Of a DNA stretch of 64,000 bases, positions 7,927-16,741 are shown piece after piece. Location of the stretch: assembly GCA_035296625.1 (NCBI GenBank), contig DATHAO010000002.1, positions 18,111 to 82,110 on the forward strand, given 5' to 3'. A program made the position numbers and the translations under genes. How positions within the stretch are numbered: position 1 is the stretch's first letter; each line of letters begins with the position of its first letter. The notes under the pieces were generated by a model. The model did not search any database. It was not told the origin of the DNA and was given only the letters and a program-made list of their open reading frames with translations. This DNA is from Acidimicrobiales bacterium. Its GTDB lineage: Bacteria > Actinomycetota > Acidimicrobiia > Acidimicrobiales > VFJN01.

Positions 7927-8949
7927 TCAGTCCCGGATCTGGCGCAACTCGGCGCCGTGGGCGGGGCGGCCGCGCCACAGCACCGGCGGCCCGATCGGGG
8001 TTTCGGACCGGCACAGGGCGATCACGCAGCCGCCGAAGCCCGCGCCGGTCACCCGGGCGCCGAACACGCCCGGCGTGGCCCGCAGCTCGGTGACGAGGGC
8101 GTCGAGCCGGGGCGTCGACACCTCGAAGTCGTCGCGCAGGCTCACGTGGCTGGCCACGAGCAGCTCGCCGGCGTAGCGCAGCTGACCCTCGGTCAGTGCG
8201 GCGGCCAGCGCGTCGACCCGGTCGTTCTCGGTCGTCACGTGGCGGGCCCGGCGTCGCAGCAGCGGTTCGTCGATGTCCTCGACCTCGGCCGGGCTGAGGT
8301 CGCGCAGGCGCCGCCCCACCAGCTCCTCGGCGGCCTCGCACTCGGCGCGGCGCTCGGCGTAGGGGGTCTTGGCCAGGTCGCGCTGGTCGCCCGAGTGCAC
8401 CACCGCCACCTCGGCGTCGTCGGGGAACGGCACGTGGTCGATCTCGAGCGTGCGGCAGTCGATGCGCAGGGCAGCGTCGGGCACCGCAGCGATGGCGACG
8501 AGCTGGTCCATGATGCCGCAGGGCACGCCGACGGCCCGCTCCTCGGCCCGCTGGCACGCCTGGGCCACCCGCAGCGGGTCGGCGAGGTCGGCGCCCAGCG
8601 CCGTGGCGACCGCCACCTCGACTGCGGCGCTCGACCCGAGCCCGCCGCCGGGCGGCAGCGTCGAGTTGAGCACACCGACGAACCCGTCCCGGGGGGCGAT
8701 CTCGGCAACCACGGCCGCGACGTAGCGCGCCCACGGCGGCTCGATGAAGGCGGGGTCGCTCTGGCTGTCGAGCGCGATCTCGGCGACGCCGTCGAACTGC
8801 TCGGAGCCGAGCATGACCCAATCGCCGCCGCGATCCCCGGTGACCTCGGCGCCGAGGCCGATGGCCATGGGCAGCACGAGCCCGCCCATGTAGTCGGTGT
8901 GGTCGCCGATGAGGTTGACCCGTCCCGGGGCCCAGGCGCGCTGGCCCAT
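7927..8949 (-). CDS. galK: galactokinase
   Basis: APGRVNLIGDHTDY signature, GLGSSAA (GHMP kinase motif), GAGFGGC. Confidence 0.9.
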   Translation of the reverse strand: MGQRAWAPGRVNLIGDHTDYMGGLVLPMAIGLGAEVTGDRGGDWVMLGSEQFDGVAEIALDSQSDPAFIEPPWARYVAAVVAEIAPRDGFVGVLNSTLPPGGGLGSSAAVEVAVATALGADLADPLRVAQACQRAEERAVGVPCGIMDQLVAIAAVPDAALRIDCRTLEIDHVPFPDDAEVAVVHSGDQRDLAKTPYAERRAECEAAEELVGRRLRDLSPAEVEDIDEPLLRRRARHVTTENDRVDALAAALTEGQLRYAGELLVASHVSLRDDFEVSTPRLDALVTELRATPGVFGARVTGAGFGGCVIALCRSETPIGPPVLWRGRPAHGAELRQIRD

Positions 8950-9827
8950 CAGGCTCCTCGCAGGGCGGCGGCGGCGTCCTCGGGAACGACCGGGTTGATG
9001 AACAGGCCGCTGCCCAGCTCGCCCGCGGCGACGTGGCGCATGACGCCGGGGGAGCGAAGCGGCGACACCAGGTGGAGGTGGGTGTGCGCCTCGGGCCAGT
9101 GGCCGCCGTCGGTCGGGCGCTGGTGGATCCAGAGCATGTAGGGCAGGGGCGTGTCGAAGAGCCGGTCGAACCGGGCGAGCACGTCCACGAGCAGGGCGGC
9201 GAGGCCGTCGCGCTGCGGACCGTCGAGCGTCGGCAGGTCGGGGCGGTGGACGTCGGGGGCGAGCAGCAGGCCGTAAGGGTAGGCGCTGGCCCGCGGCACC
9301 CAGGCCGTCCACCCGTCGGACTCCGACACCACCAGGTCGCGCCGCGGGCGCCGGCACAGGCTGCAGTCGTGACGGGCGGCGCGCCGGAGTTCGGTGAGCG
9401 CCACCGCCGGGATCTCGGCCAGCGCGTAGACCTGGCCGTGGGGGTGGTCGATCGTGGCCCCCACCTCCACGCCCCGGTTCTCGAACACGAGCACGTAGTC
9501 GACGTCGGCGCGCCGCCCGAGCACGGCCGTGCGCTCCGCCCACAGGTCGACGACGCGCCCGGCACCGCGGTGGCCGAGCTTCCAGAAGGCCTTGTCGTGG
9601 TCGGGGGTGTAGAGCACGATCTCGGACCGGCCCTCGGGGAACGACGGCCAGCGGTTGGCGAACGCCTTCGTCTCGTAGGGCTCCGGAGCCTCGAGCCCGC
9701 CGACGCAGAAGGGGCAGCCCGTTCCCGGCAGATTGGGACGCTGCTGGCGGTCCGGGGCGACGATCACCGGCGCTCCGCTCAGCTCGTCGAACCGCAGATC
9801 TCCAGCCTGCACCCCCGTCGTCTGCAT
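8949..9827 (-). CDS. galT: galactose-1-phosphate uridylyltransferase
   Basis: CPFC zinc motif and the HPHGQ active-site motif. The stop overlaps the galK start (TGATG). Confidence 0.85.
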   Translation of the reverse strand: MQTTGVQAGDLRFDELSGAPVIVAPDRQQRPNLPGTGCPFCVGGLEAPEPYETKAFANRWPSFPEGRSEIVLYTPDHDKAFWKLGHRGAGRVVDLWAERTAVLGRRADVDYVLVFENRGVEVGATIDHPHGQVYALAEIPAVALTELRRAARHDCSLCRRPRRDLVVSESDGWTAWVPRASAYPYGLLLAPDVHRPDLPTLDGPQRDGLAALLVDVLARFDRLFDTPLPYMLWIHQRPTDGGHWPEAHTHLHLVSPLRSPGVMRHVAAGELGSGLFINPVVPEDAAAALRGA

Positions 9828-9834
9828 GGGCGTC

Positions 9835-9840
9835 ACCCTA
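9835..9840 (-). promoter_or_regulatory. predicted -10 element of a leaderless promoter for galT
   Basis: On the minus strand: TAGGGT, 7 nt, ATG (9827). Confidence 0.45.
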
Positions 9841-9882
9841 GGAGAACGCCGGGTGCGGTCCGTGCGCCGCGGCGGGCCCCGG

Positions 9883-9900
9883 CTTGACCGGAAGGTCAAG
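9883..9900. promoter_or_regulatory. perfect 7-4-7 palindrome CTTGACC-ggaa-GGTCAAG in the galT/hydrolase divergent region (candidate operator)
   Basis: Read directly. Lies 10 nt upstream of ATG 9911 and 56 nt upstream of the galT start. Confidence 0.35.
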
Positions 9901-9910
9901 AGGCAACACG

Positions 9911-10801
9911 ATGCCGGGCATGGCATACGCACGGGTGAACGGCGTCGAGATCTGCCACGAGTCGATCGGCGACCCCGCCGACCCGACGGCCCTGCTCGTC
10001 ATGGGCCTCGGCGGCCAGATGACGAGTTGGGACGTCGACTTCTGCCGGGCGCTCGCGGATCGAGGGCTGCACGTGGTGCGCTACGACAACCGCGACGTCG
10101 GGCTGTCGACGCACCTCGACGGGCGGGTCGACCTTATGGCCGTCATGGCCGCGGTCGGGGCCGGCGAGGCGGTCGAGGTGCCCTACCTGCTGTCCGACAT
10201 GGCCGCCGATGCCGTCGGCCTGCTCGACCACCTGGGCGTCGACCGGGCCCACGTGGTCGGCGCCTCGATGGGCGGCATGATCGCCCAGACCATGGCCATC
10301 GAGCACCGCGACCGGGTCCGGTCGCTCACCTCGATCATGTCCACCACGGGCGACCACGACGTCGGTCAGGCCACCGCCGAGGCGATGGGGGTGCTGCTCG
10401 CCAAGCCGGCGGCCGACCGGGCCGCCGCAGAGGACGCCCAGGTCCTCCACGCGCACACGTGGGGCAGCCCCGACCACATCGACGAGGACCGCGTGCGGCG
10501 CCGGGCCGGCGAGCTGTGGGAGCGCGACCACGACCCGGCCGGCACCGCCCGCCAGATGGCTGCGATCGTCGCGTCCGGTAGCCGGACGCCCCACCTGCGC
10601 ACGCTGAACGTGCCGACGCTCGTGATCCACGGCACCGAGGACCGGCTCGTCCAGCCCTCGGGTGGCGAGCGCACCGCCGAGGTCATCCCCGACGCCAAGC
10701 TGGTCCTCGTCGAGGGCATGGGCCACGACCTGCCCCCCGCCCTCTGGCCGCAGCTCGTCGAGGCCATCGTCGGCCACATCGCCGAGAACCCGGGCGACTG
10801 A
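9911..10801 (+). CDS. alpha/beta-fold hydrolase
   Basis: LLVMGLGG, nucleophile elbow GASMGG, C-terminal GMGHDLP. AAGAGG SD 8 nt upstream of the ATG. Confidence 0.8.
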   Translation: MPGMAYARVNGVEICHESIGDPADPTALLVMGLGGQMTSWDVDFCRALADRGLHVVRYDNRDVGLSTHLDGRVDLMAVMAAVGAGEAVEVPYLLSDMAADAVGLLDHLGVDRAHVVGASMGGMIAQTMAIEHRDRVRSLTSIMSTTGDHDVGQATAEAMGVLLAKPAADRAAAEDAQVLHAHTWGSPDHIDEDRVRRRAGELWERDHDPAGTARQMAAIVASGSRTPHLRTLNVPTLVIHGTEDRLVQPSGGERTAEVIPDAKLVLVEGMGHDLPPALWPQLVEAIVGHIAENPGD

Positions 10802-10881
10802 GCCCGCCGGCCTGCGCCCGCGCCGACGCCCCCCGGGCGACAGCACGCCACCCCACCGCCTGCAGACAGGAGCAACCCACG

Positions 10882-12024
10882 ATGGGACCCCTCGCCGGAC
10901 TCACGGTCGTCGAGATCGCCGGGATCGGCCCCGGGCCGTACTGCGGCATGATGCTGGCCGACATGGGCGCGGACGTGATCCGCGTCGATCGGGCCCAGAA
11001 CGTGTCCGGTGGCGACCCGGCGCTCCCGCCGGCCGACCTCCTCGCCCGAGGCCGCCGCTCGATCGGCGTCGACCTGAAGAGCCCGGAGGGCGTCGAGGTC
11101 GTGCTCGCTCTGGTGGAGATGGCCGACGCCCTCCTCGAGGGGTTCCGGCCCGGGGTCGCCGAGCGGTTGGGCATCGGGCCCGACGAGTGCCTGGCCCGCA
11201 ACCCCCGCCTTGTCTACGGGCGGATGACCGGCTGGGGCCAGGATGGCTCCTACGCCCAGGCCGCCGGCCACGACATCAACTACATCGCCCTGGCCGGCGC
11301 CCTCGACCCGATCGGCCGCCGGGGCGAAGCCCCCGTGCCACCCCTCAACCTGGTGGGCGACTTCGGTGGCGGCGGCATGCTCCTCGCCTTCGGCATCGCC
11401 TGCGGCCTCGTCGAGGCGCAGCGCTCGGGCCAGGGCCAGGTCATCGACGCCGCCATGGTCGACGGCGCGGCCTCGCTCATGACCATGACCCACGCCATGC
11501 GCGCGATGGGCATCTGGGAGGACGAGCGCGGCACGAACATGCTCGACACCGGTGCCCACTTCTACGACGTCTACGAGACGGCGGACGGCCGATACGTGTC
11601 GATCGGGTCGATCGAGCCGCAGTTCTACGCCGAGCTGCTGCGCCTCACCGGGCTCGAGGGCGAAGAGCTGCCCTGGCAGCACGACAGGTCCCAGTGGCCG
11701 GCGCTCAAGGAGCGCTTCGCCGTCCTGTTCCGCACCAAGACCCGCGACGAGTGGTGCGAGATCATGGAGGGCACCGACGTGTGCTTCGCCCCGGTCCTGA
11801 CGATCCCCGAGGCCACCCACCACCCCCACAACGTCGAGCGCGGCACGTTCGTGGAGGTGGCGGGCATCACCCAGCCCGGCCCGGCCCCCCGGTTCAGCCG
11901 CACGCCCGGCGCCATCGGTGCCCCGCCGCCCCACGCCGGCCAGCACACCGACGACGTGCTGGCGGATGCGGGGTTCGACGCCGAGCGCATCGCCAAGCTC
12001 CGGGCGTCGGGCGCCATAGCCTGA
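10882..12024 (+). CDS. mcr: family III CoA-transferase, alpha-methylacyl-CoA racemase-like
   Basis: MGPLAGLTVVEIAGIGPGPYCGMMLADMGADVIRVDR closely resembles the mycobacterial Mcr N-terminus; CaiB/BaiF pattern throughout. Confidence 0.8.
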   Translation: MGPLAGLTVVEIAGIGPGPYCGMMLADMGADVIRVDRAQNVSGGDPALPPADLLARGRRSIGVDLKSPEGVEVVLALVEMADALLEGFRPGVAERLGIGPDECLARNPRLVYGRMTGWGQDGSYAQAAGHDINYIALAGALDPIGRRGEAPVPPLNLVGDFGGGGMLLAFGIACGLVEAQRSGQGQVIDAAMVDGAASLMTMTHAMRAMGIWEDERGTNMLDTGAHFYDVYETADGRYVSIGSIEPQFYAELLRLTGLEGEELPWQHDRSQWPALKERFAVLFRTKTRDEWCEIMEGTDVCFAPVLTIPEATHHPHNVERGTFVEVAGITQPGPAPRFSRTPGAIGAPPPHAGQHTDDVLADAGFDAERIAKLRASGAIA

Positions 12025-12029
12025 GCGGC

Positions 12030-12869
12030 GTGGCCACCCTCGTCGCCCTGCACGCCCACCCCGACGACGAATGCATGATGCAGTCGGGCTCGCTCTCGAA
12101 GGCCGTCGACGACGGCCACCGCGTGGTCCTCGTCTACGCCACCGGTGGCGAGCTCGGCGAGGTGCCCGACGGCCTGCTGGCGCCCGGTGAGTCGCTGCTC
12201 GATCGCCGGGCTCTCGAGGCTCGCCGGTCGGCCGAGGTCATCGGGGTGCACCGGCTGGTGTGGCTCGGCTACGGCGACTCGGGCATGGCCGGCACCCCGG
12301 CCAACGACCACCCGCGGTCCTTCGCCCGGGCCGACGTCGACGAGGCCGCCGCCCGCGTCGCCGCCGTGCTCCGCGAGGAGGCCGCGGACGTCATCACGAT
12401 CTACGACGCCCGGGGCACCTACGGCCACCCGGACCACGTGCAGGTGCACCGCGTGGGCGCCCGGGCCGCCGAGCTGGCGGGCACGCCACACGTGCTCGAG
12501 GCGACCTGGAGCAGCGACCACATCCGCCGGCTGATCGAGCAGGCGGTCGAGTCCGCGGCCGTCGACCCGGCCGAGCTGCCGAACGCCGAGGGGTCCGACT
12601 TCGTCGTCGGCGTGCCCGACGCCGTCATCACCACCCGCGTCGACGTCACGCCCTGGCTCGAGCGCAAGCGGGCGTCGATGGCGGCCCACGCCAGCCAGGT
12701 CGGCGACACGGGCACCTTCCTCTCCATGCCGCCCGAGGCGTTCGCCGCCGCGATGGGCCGGGAGTTCTACATCCGCCGGGGCGTGCCGGCCGGGCACCGC
12801 GACGACGACGTGTTCGCCGGCGTGAGGCTCCCGGCTCAGGCCGGGCAGGCGGCCACGCCCGACCAGTAG
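12030..12869 (+). CDS. PIG-L/LmbE-family deacetylase
   Basis: AHPDDE motif near the N-terminus and a later HPDH motif. Confidence 0.8.
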   Translation: MATLVALHAHPDDECMMQSGSLSKAVDDGHRVVLVYATGGELGEVPDGLLAPGESLLDRRALEARRSAEVIGVHRLVWLGYGDSGMAGTPANDHPRSFARADVDEAAARVAAVLREEAADVITIYDARGTYGHPDHVQVHRVGARAAELAGTPHVLEATWSSDHIRRLIEQAVESAAVDPAELPNAEGSDFVVGVPDAVITTRVDVTPWLERKRASMAAHASQVGDTGTFLSMPPEAFAAAMGREFYIRRGVPAGHRDDDVFAGVRLPAQAGQAATPDQ

Positions 12870-13558
12870 AGCTGCGCACGCGCGTTCGCCGCCTGGGGGT
12901 CGACGACATCGCCCTCCTGGCGCAGGTGAATGCCGTCGGGGCCCAGGTACTCGGGGTGCGCCTGCACGACAGCCAGCCAGTCGACGGTGACGGTGCGCCC
13001 GCCGCGCTGCGCGGCGAGCAGCGACAGGCCGCCGCGGGACTCCACGAGCTCGGTGCGCCAGGCGCTGCTGACGCCCGCACCCCAGCCGGGCAGGACGACG
13101 ACCACGCACGCGCTCGGGTGCGGGGTGTTGAACAAGTTGCGAAAGGCGTCGACGTCGGCGCCGGTCCAACCGCCACCGTCGACCGGGTTGGCGTCGTTCG
13201 TGGCGAGCGCCACGACCAGGAACTCGGGGCGGCCGGCCGCGACGTCGGCGGCGACCGGGCCCTGCACATCCCCGACCTCCCAGCCCAGGTAGGCGATGAC
13301 GTTCACGTCGGTCGGCGCGCCCAGACCCAGGCCGTAGCGGTAGAACGCCTGGATCGTCAGGCTGTCGCCGGCGACGTCGACGGATCCCGGCGTGGGCTCG
13401 GGCTTCGTCACCGGCGCGGGGATACACGCAATCGCCGTGGCGGCGAGCCCGGCCACCGCCGCGGCCGTGGCGTGTCGCCAGCGTCGTCGCCGGGCTGGGC
13501 CAGGGACCGGCACGGGAGCGGGCCGCGGACGCGGTCTGACGTGGTCGACGGAGTCCAT
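12836..13558 (-). CDS. secreted SGNH/GDSL-like hydrolase
   Basis: RRRRW Tat-like signal with an IAC lipobox-like cleavage site, then GDSLT, ATNDA, DGIHL blocks. GAGGA SD. Confidence 0.7.
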   Translation of the reverse strand: MDSVDHVRPRPRPAPVPVPGPARRRRWRHATAAAVAGLAATAIACIPAPVTKPEPTPGSVDVAGDSLTIQAFYRYGLGLGAPTDVNVIAYLGWEVGDVQGPVAADVAAGRPEFLVVALATNDANPVDGGGWTGADVDAFRNLFNTPHPSACVVVVLPGWGAGVSSAWRTELVESRGGLSLLAAQRGGRTVTVDWLAVVQAHPEYLGPDGIHLRQEGDVVDPQAANARAQLYWSGVAACPA

Positions 13559-13673
13559 GCCATCCTCAGTCGTCGAGGGTGTCCGCCCCCAGTGGACGCC
13601 CATGCACCCCGCCAGATGTTGTGCGACCGGGGGTGTCGCCGTCAAGCAACGGACCTGCGTGGCGGCTCCGGGT

Positions 13674-14573
13674 TCAGTCGGGCCCCGGCTCGGGTTGCCA
13701 CACGCGCACATGGTCGACCTGGAGGACGAGCTCGTCGGGCCGGGGCGGGCACCCGGCGCAGCGGCCCAGGTACTGCATCGTGAACACCAGGTGCATCGGC
13801 TGGGCCGTCGACGCGAACGGCTCCGTGCACTGGATCAGCACGCCGTCGAGGAACGTGCAGAGGTGGTCGGGGGTCCAGTGCGCGGCCCAGTCGTGCCAGT
13901 CGGCCAGGTCGACGTTCGGGAAGTGCAGGCGGTGGGCGCGTTGGCGGTCGGCCCGGCCGCAGTATCCGTCGGGCGTGTTGTCCGTCGTGTTCTCGTGGAG
14001 GAACGTGGCGTACCAGCTCGACGCCGGCCGGTCGCCGTCGCCGTTGTCGACGCCGTTCTCGACGATGTCCCACTCGGCGTTGAGGCCGCCGTCGGGCGGG
14101 CAGTCCTCGCCGGCCCCGTCGGGCCGCCACGCCTCTGTCTTGGCCGCGCTGAACAGCCAGAACGCCGGCCACGCCCAGCGGTCGTCGGTGTAGCGGAGGC
14201 GGGCCTCGAACAAGCCGCCCTGCCACGCCCGCATGCCGGGGTAGCTGGGCTCGCCCGGGCTGCGGGGCCCTGTACTGGCGACGTGGCCCCACCGGCGACC
14301 GTTGGCGGCGGTCGTGCGCAGCGTGAGCACGCCGTCGGCCACGACGGCCGGCAGGGACCCGCCGAAGGGCGCCGTCTGCCACACGGCGGCGTCGAGCCCC
14401 GTGCCGTCGAAGTCGTCCTCGAAGACGAGCCGGTAGCCCGACGGCAGCCTGTCGTCGCGCGTGCGCGTGCACGGGCTGAGCATGAGCGGCAGCGCGAGCG
14501 TGAGGGCGCCGAGCGCCACGAGGGCTCGCACCGCGCGGCGCCGGCGGTCGACGGTCGTCGTGGCGGTCGGCAT
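13674..14573 (-). CDS. secreted glycoside hydrolase family 16 (beta-glucanase-like)
   Basis: RRRR signal peptide, FEDDFDG, and the catalytic EWDIVE (ExDxxE) motif. Confidence 0.8.
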   Translation of the reverse strand: MPTATTTVDRRRRAVRALVALGALTLALPLMLSPCTRTRDDRLPSGYRLVFEDDFDGTGLDAAVWQTAPFGGSLPAVVADGVLTLRTTAANGRRWGHVASTGPRSPGEPSYPGMRAWQGGLFEARLRYTDDRWAWPAFWLFSAAKTEAWRPDGAGEDCPPDGGLNAEWDIVENGVDNGDGDRPASSWYATFLHENTTDNTPDGYCGRADRQRAHRLHFPNVDLADWHDWAAHWTPDHLCTFLDGVLIQCTEPFASTAQPMHLVFTMQYLGRCAGCPPRPDELVLQVDHVRVWQPEPGPD

Positions 14574-14652
14574 GCGCAGGCGCCCAGGGATACCAGCTCG
14601 CCCGACCGCCGGGGAAGGCCGGGATGGCCCCGTCCACCCTCACGCCGTGCGC

Positions 14653-14817
14653 ATGGGTTCGGCGCTGCTGTTGGTGCTCGCCCTGGGCGCCTTCGTGGCG
14701 CGCAACGGGGCCGCCCTCTTCACCGGGATCCTAGGTCTCGCGTTCGCCGGCGCCGGCGGGTGGTGGCTGTGGCGATCGGCGAGCAGGCATCCTCGATATC
14801 ACGCCGCCGATGGCTGA
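14653..14817 (+). CDS. possible 54-aa two-helix membrane protein
   Basis: MGSALLLVLALGAFVARNGAALFTGILGLAFAGAGGWWLW. High GC3 in the hydrophobic part. No homology basis. Confidence 0.3.
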   Translation: MGSALLLVLALGAFVARNGAALFTGILGLAFAGAGGWWLWRSASRHPRYHAADG

Positions 14818-14834
14818 GTCAGCGTGACGGTGGC

Positions 14835-14840
14835 TAGCGT
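14835..14840 (+). promoter_or_regulatory. predicted -10 element of a leaderless promoter for the mhuD-like gene
   Basis: TAGCGT, 6 nt, GTG 14847. Confidence 0.45.
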
Positions 14841-14846
14841 CGCCCC

Positions 14847-15257
14847 GTGACCGTCATCAAGATCAACGCCATCACCGTGCCCGCCGACTCCGGGGACGAG
14901 CTGGGCAAGCGGTTCGCCGCCCGGGCGGGTGCGGTCGACGCGCAGGAGGGCTTCGAGGGCTTCGAGCTGCTCAAGCCGACCGACGAGCGCACCACGTGGC
15001 TGGTGATCACCCGCTGGCGTGACGAGGAGTCGTTCCAGGCGTGGGTGAGCGGCCCGTCGTTCGGCCAGGGCCACGGCGGCCCGGGCGGGGGCGCCGGTGG
15101 CCCGGGTGGGCACGGCGGGCCCGGCGGCGGCCCGGGTGGACCGGGCGGCCAAGGTGGACCGGGGGCCCCCGGCGGCGGCGAGCGGGCGGCGCCCGTGGCG
15201 ATGTCGAGCGAGCTGTGGTCCTACGAGGTGTCGACCTCGTCACCCGGCCGCGGCTGA
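14847..15257 (+). CDS. ABM-fold haem-degrading monooxygenase (MhuD-like) with Gly/Pro-rich insertion
   Basis: MTVIKINAITVPADSGDELGKRFAARAGAVD...FELLKP...WRDEESFQAWVSGP aligns by eye with M. tuberculosis MhuD as I recall it. A ~35-aa GGP insertion follows GQGH. Confidence 0.75.
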   Translation: MTVIKINAITVPADSGDELGKRFAARAGAVDAQEGFEGFELLKPTDERTTWLVITRWRDEESFQAWVSGPSFGQGHGGPGGGAGGPGGHGGPGGGPGGPGGQGGPGAPGGGERAAPVAMSSELWSYEVSTSSPGRG

Positions 15258-15295
15258 GCCGCCCGGACCGTCCCCCAGCGACGCCCGCACACCCG

Positions 15296-15664
15296 GTGGG
15301 CCTGCACGACGCCCACGGCGCGCTCTCGTGGGTCGTGGTGGTGGCGAACGCCCTCGCCGGACTGTGGGCGCTCGGCGCCCACCGGTGGACGCGGCTGCGC
15401 ACCCCGGCGCTCTGGTGGTTCACCGGCCTCGCTCAGCTGACCGTGTTCGTCGAGGTCATCCTGGGCGTGGCGCTGGTCAACGCCGAAGACGTCGAGCCGC
15501 CGCAGTTCCACATGCTCTACGGCTTCTCGGGCATCGTGGCCGTGGCGATCATCTACAGCTACCGTCACCAGCTCGCGTCCCGCCTCTACCTGCTCTACGG
15601 GCTCGGTGGGCTGTTCCTCATGGGGCTCGCCCTGCGGGCCATGAGCATCGGCGGCAACCGCTGA
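15296..15664 (+). CDS. four-helix integral membrane protein of unknown function
   Basis: Four hydrophobic segments with high GC3. GTG 15296 is the first in-frame start after the upstream stop region. Confidence 0.55.
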   Translation: MGLHDAHGALSWVVVVANALAGLWALGAHRWTRLRTPALWWFTGLAQLTVFVEVILGVALVNAEDVEPPQFHMLYGFSGIVAVAIIYSYRHQLASRLYLLYGLGGLFLMGLALRAMSIGGNR

Positions 15665-15728
15665 GCCCCCGGGCACACGTCCGCGACGCCGGGCGGCGGC
15701 TGATCGCCCACCCCGGCCCGGTCCGGCG

Positions 15729-15965
15729 CTACAGGTGCACGACGGGGCAGGTGAGCGTCCGCGTGATGCCGGCGATCATCTGCACGCGGCTCACGACCAT
15801 CTTGCCGAGCTCGTCGACCGAATCGGCCTCGGACCGGGCGATGACGTCGTAGGGGCCGGTGACGTCGTCGGCGGAGACGATCCCCTCGATGCCCCCCACC
15901 TCCTCGGCGACCTCGGCGGCCTTGCCGACCTCGGTCTGGATCAGGATGTACGCGCTCACGGGCAT
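15729..15965 (-). CDS. Lrp/AsnC ligand-binding-domain-only protein
   Basis: MPVSAYILIQTEVGKAAEVAEEV..IEGI...VTGPYDVIA matches the AsnC_trans_reg domain pattern. GGAGGGAGG SD. Confidence 0.7.
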   Translation of the reverse strand: MPVSAYILIQTEVGKAAEVAEEVGGIEGIVSADDVTGPYDVIARSEADSVDELGKMVVSRVQMIAGITRTLTCPVVHL

Positions 15966-16043
15966 CGGGGCCTCCCTCCAGGCAGGGCGCATCGTATAGG
16001 CCCGCCGATCGAAGGCCGGGTGACGGGTCCCCGCGCGACGCTC

Positions 16044-16071
16044 GAGGGCGCACCCGCGTAGGTGCGCCCTC
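16044..16071 (-). terminator. GC hairpin downstream of hsp20
   Basis: gagggcgcacc-cgcgta-ggtgcgccctc, a perfect 11-bp stem. A second hairpin lies at 16086-16111 (gcggacg-gga-cgtccgc). Confidence 0.5.
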
Positions 16072-16125
16072 GTGGCGGCGGAGGCGGGGAGCGGACGGGA
16101 CGTCCGCCCCCCGACGGCTACTGGA

Positions 16126-16575
16126 TCAGCTCTCGGAAGAGTCGGTCACCTCGGCCTCGATCGCCTGCGGGCGCTGCGAACCGCCGACAGCGATCTTCCG
16201 AGGCTGTGCCTGCTCGGCGACCGGCAGCGTGATGGTGAGGACGCCGTGGTCGTAGGCCGCCTCGAGCTTGCCGGTGTCGAGGCTCTGGCCGAGCAGCACC
16301 CGGCGGGTGAACGTGCCCTGGGGGCGCTCACCGGCGAGCACCTCGTCGCCCTCGGCCCTCTCGAAGCGGCGGCTGGCGTTAACGGTGAGCACGTCGCGCT
16401 CGACGGTCACGTCGATGGCGTCGGGATCGACACCGGGCAGGTCGAAGCTCACGAACACCTGGTTGCCGTGGCGGACCGCGTCCATCGGGATGGACGACCC
16501 GGTCCGGCGCAGCACCTGGTCTACCTGCTCGGTCACCCGATCGAGCTCACGGAAGGGATCGAAGCGCATCAGCAT
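16126..16575 (-). CDS. Hsp20/alpha-crystallin small heat-shock protein
   Basis: FDPFRELDR N-terminus; alpha-crystallin domain with VSFDLPGVD...LTVNASR...G.F.R...LP...A.Y..GVLTITLP. Confidence 0.9.
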   Translation of the reverse strand: MLMRFDPFRELDRVTEQVDQVLRRTGSSIPMDAVRHGNQVFVSFDLPGVDPDAIDVTVERDVLTVNASRRFERAEGDEVLAGERPQGTFTRRVLLGQSLDTGKLEAAYDHGVLTITLPVAEQAQPRKIAVGGSQRPQAIEAEVTDSSES

Positions 16576-16629
16576 TTGGGTGAACCTCCTGCTCTGTCAG
16601 GCTGCCTCTCAGTTAGGAACCTGCACAAC

Positions 16630-16664
16630 ATGATATGGCCAAAGCTGAGTGTGTGCAACTCAAG
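16630..16664 (-). promoter_or_regulatory. hsp20 promoter with HAIR-like (HspR) operator
   Basis: The minus strand reads CTTGAGT-tgcacac-ACTCAGc (16644-16664), matching 13 of the 14 arm positions of the HAIR consensus CTTGAGT-N7-ACTCAAG. -35 TTGCAC (16653-16658), 17-nt spacer, -10 TATCAT (16630-16635). AGGAGG SD downstream. Confidence 0.65.
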
Positions 16665-16688
16665 TTTGGGAGCATGGGCCCGGACGCG

Positions 16689-16716
16689 ACGGTGCCGCCC
16701 CGGAGGGCGGCACCGT
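16689..16716 (-). terminator. GC hairpin downstream of pckG
   Basis: acggtgccgccc-cgga-gggcggcaccgt, a perfect 12-bp stem 26 nt past the stop. Confidence 0.6.
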
Positions 16717-16741
16717 GCGCAGGATCCTTCTTCGCGGCCGG

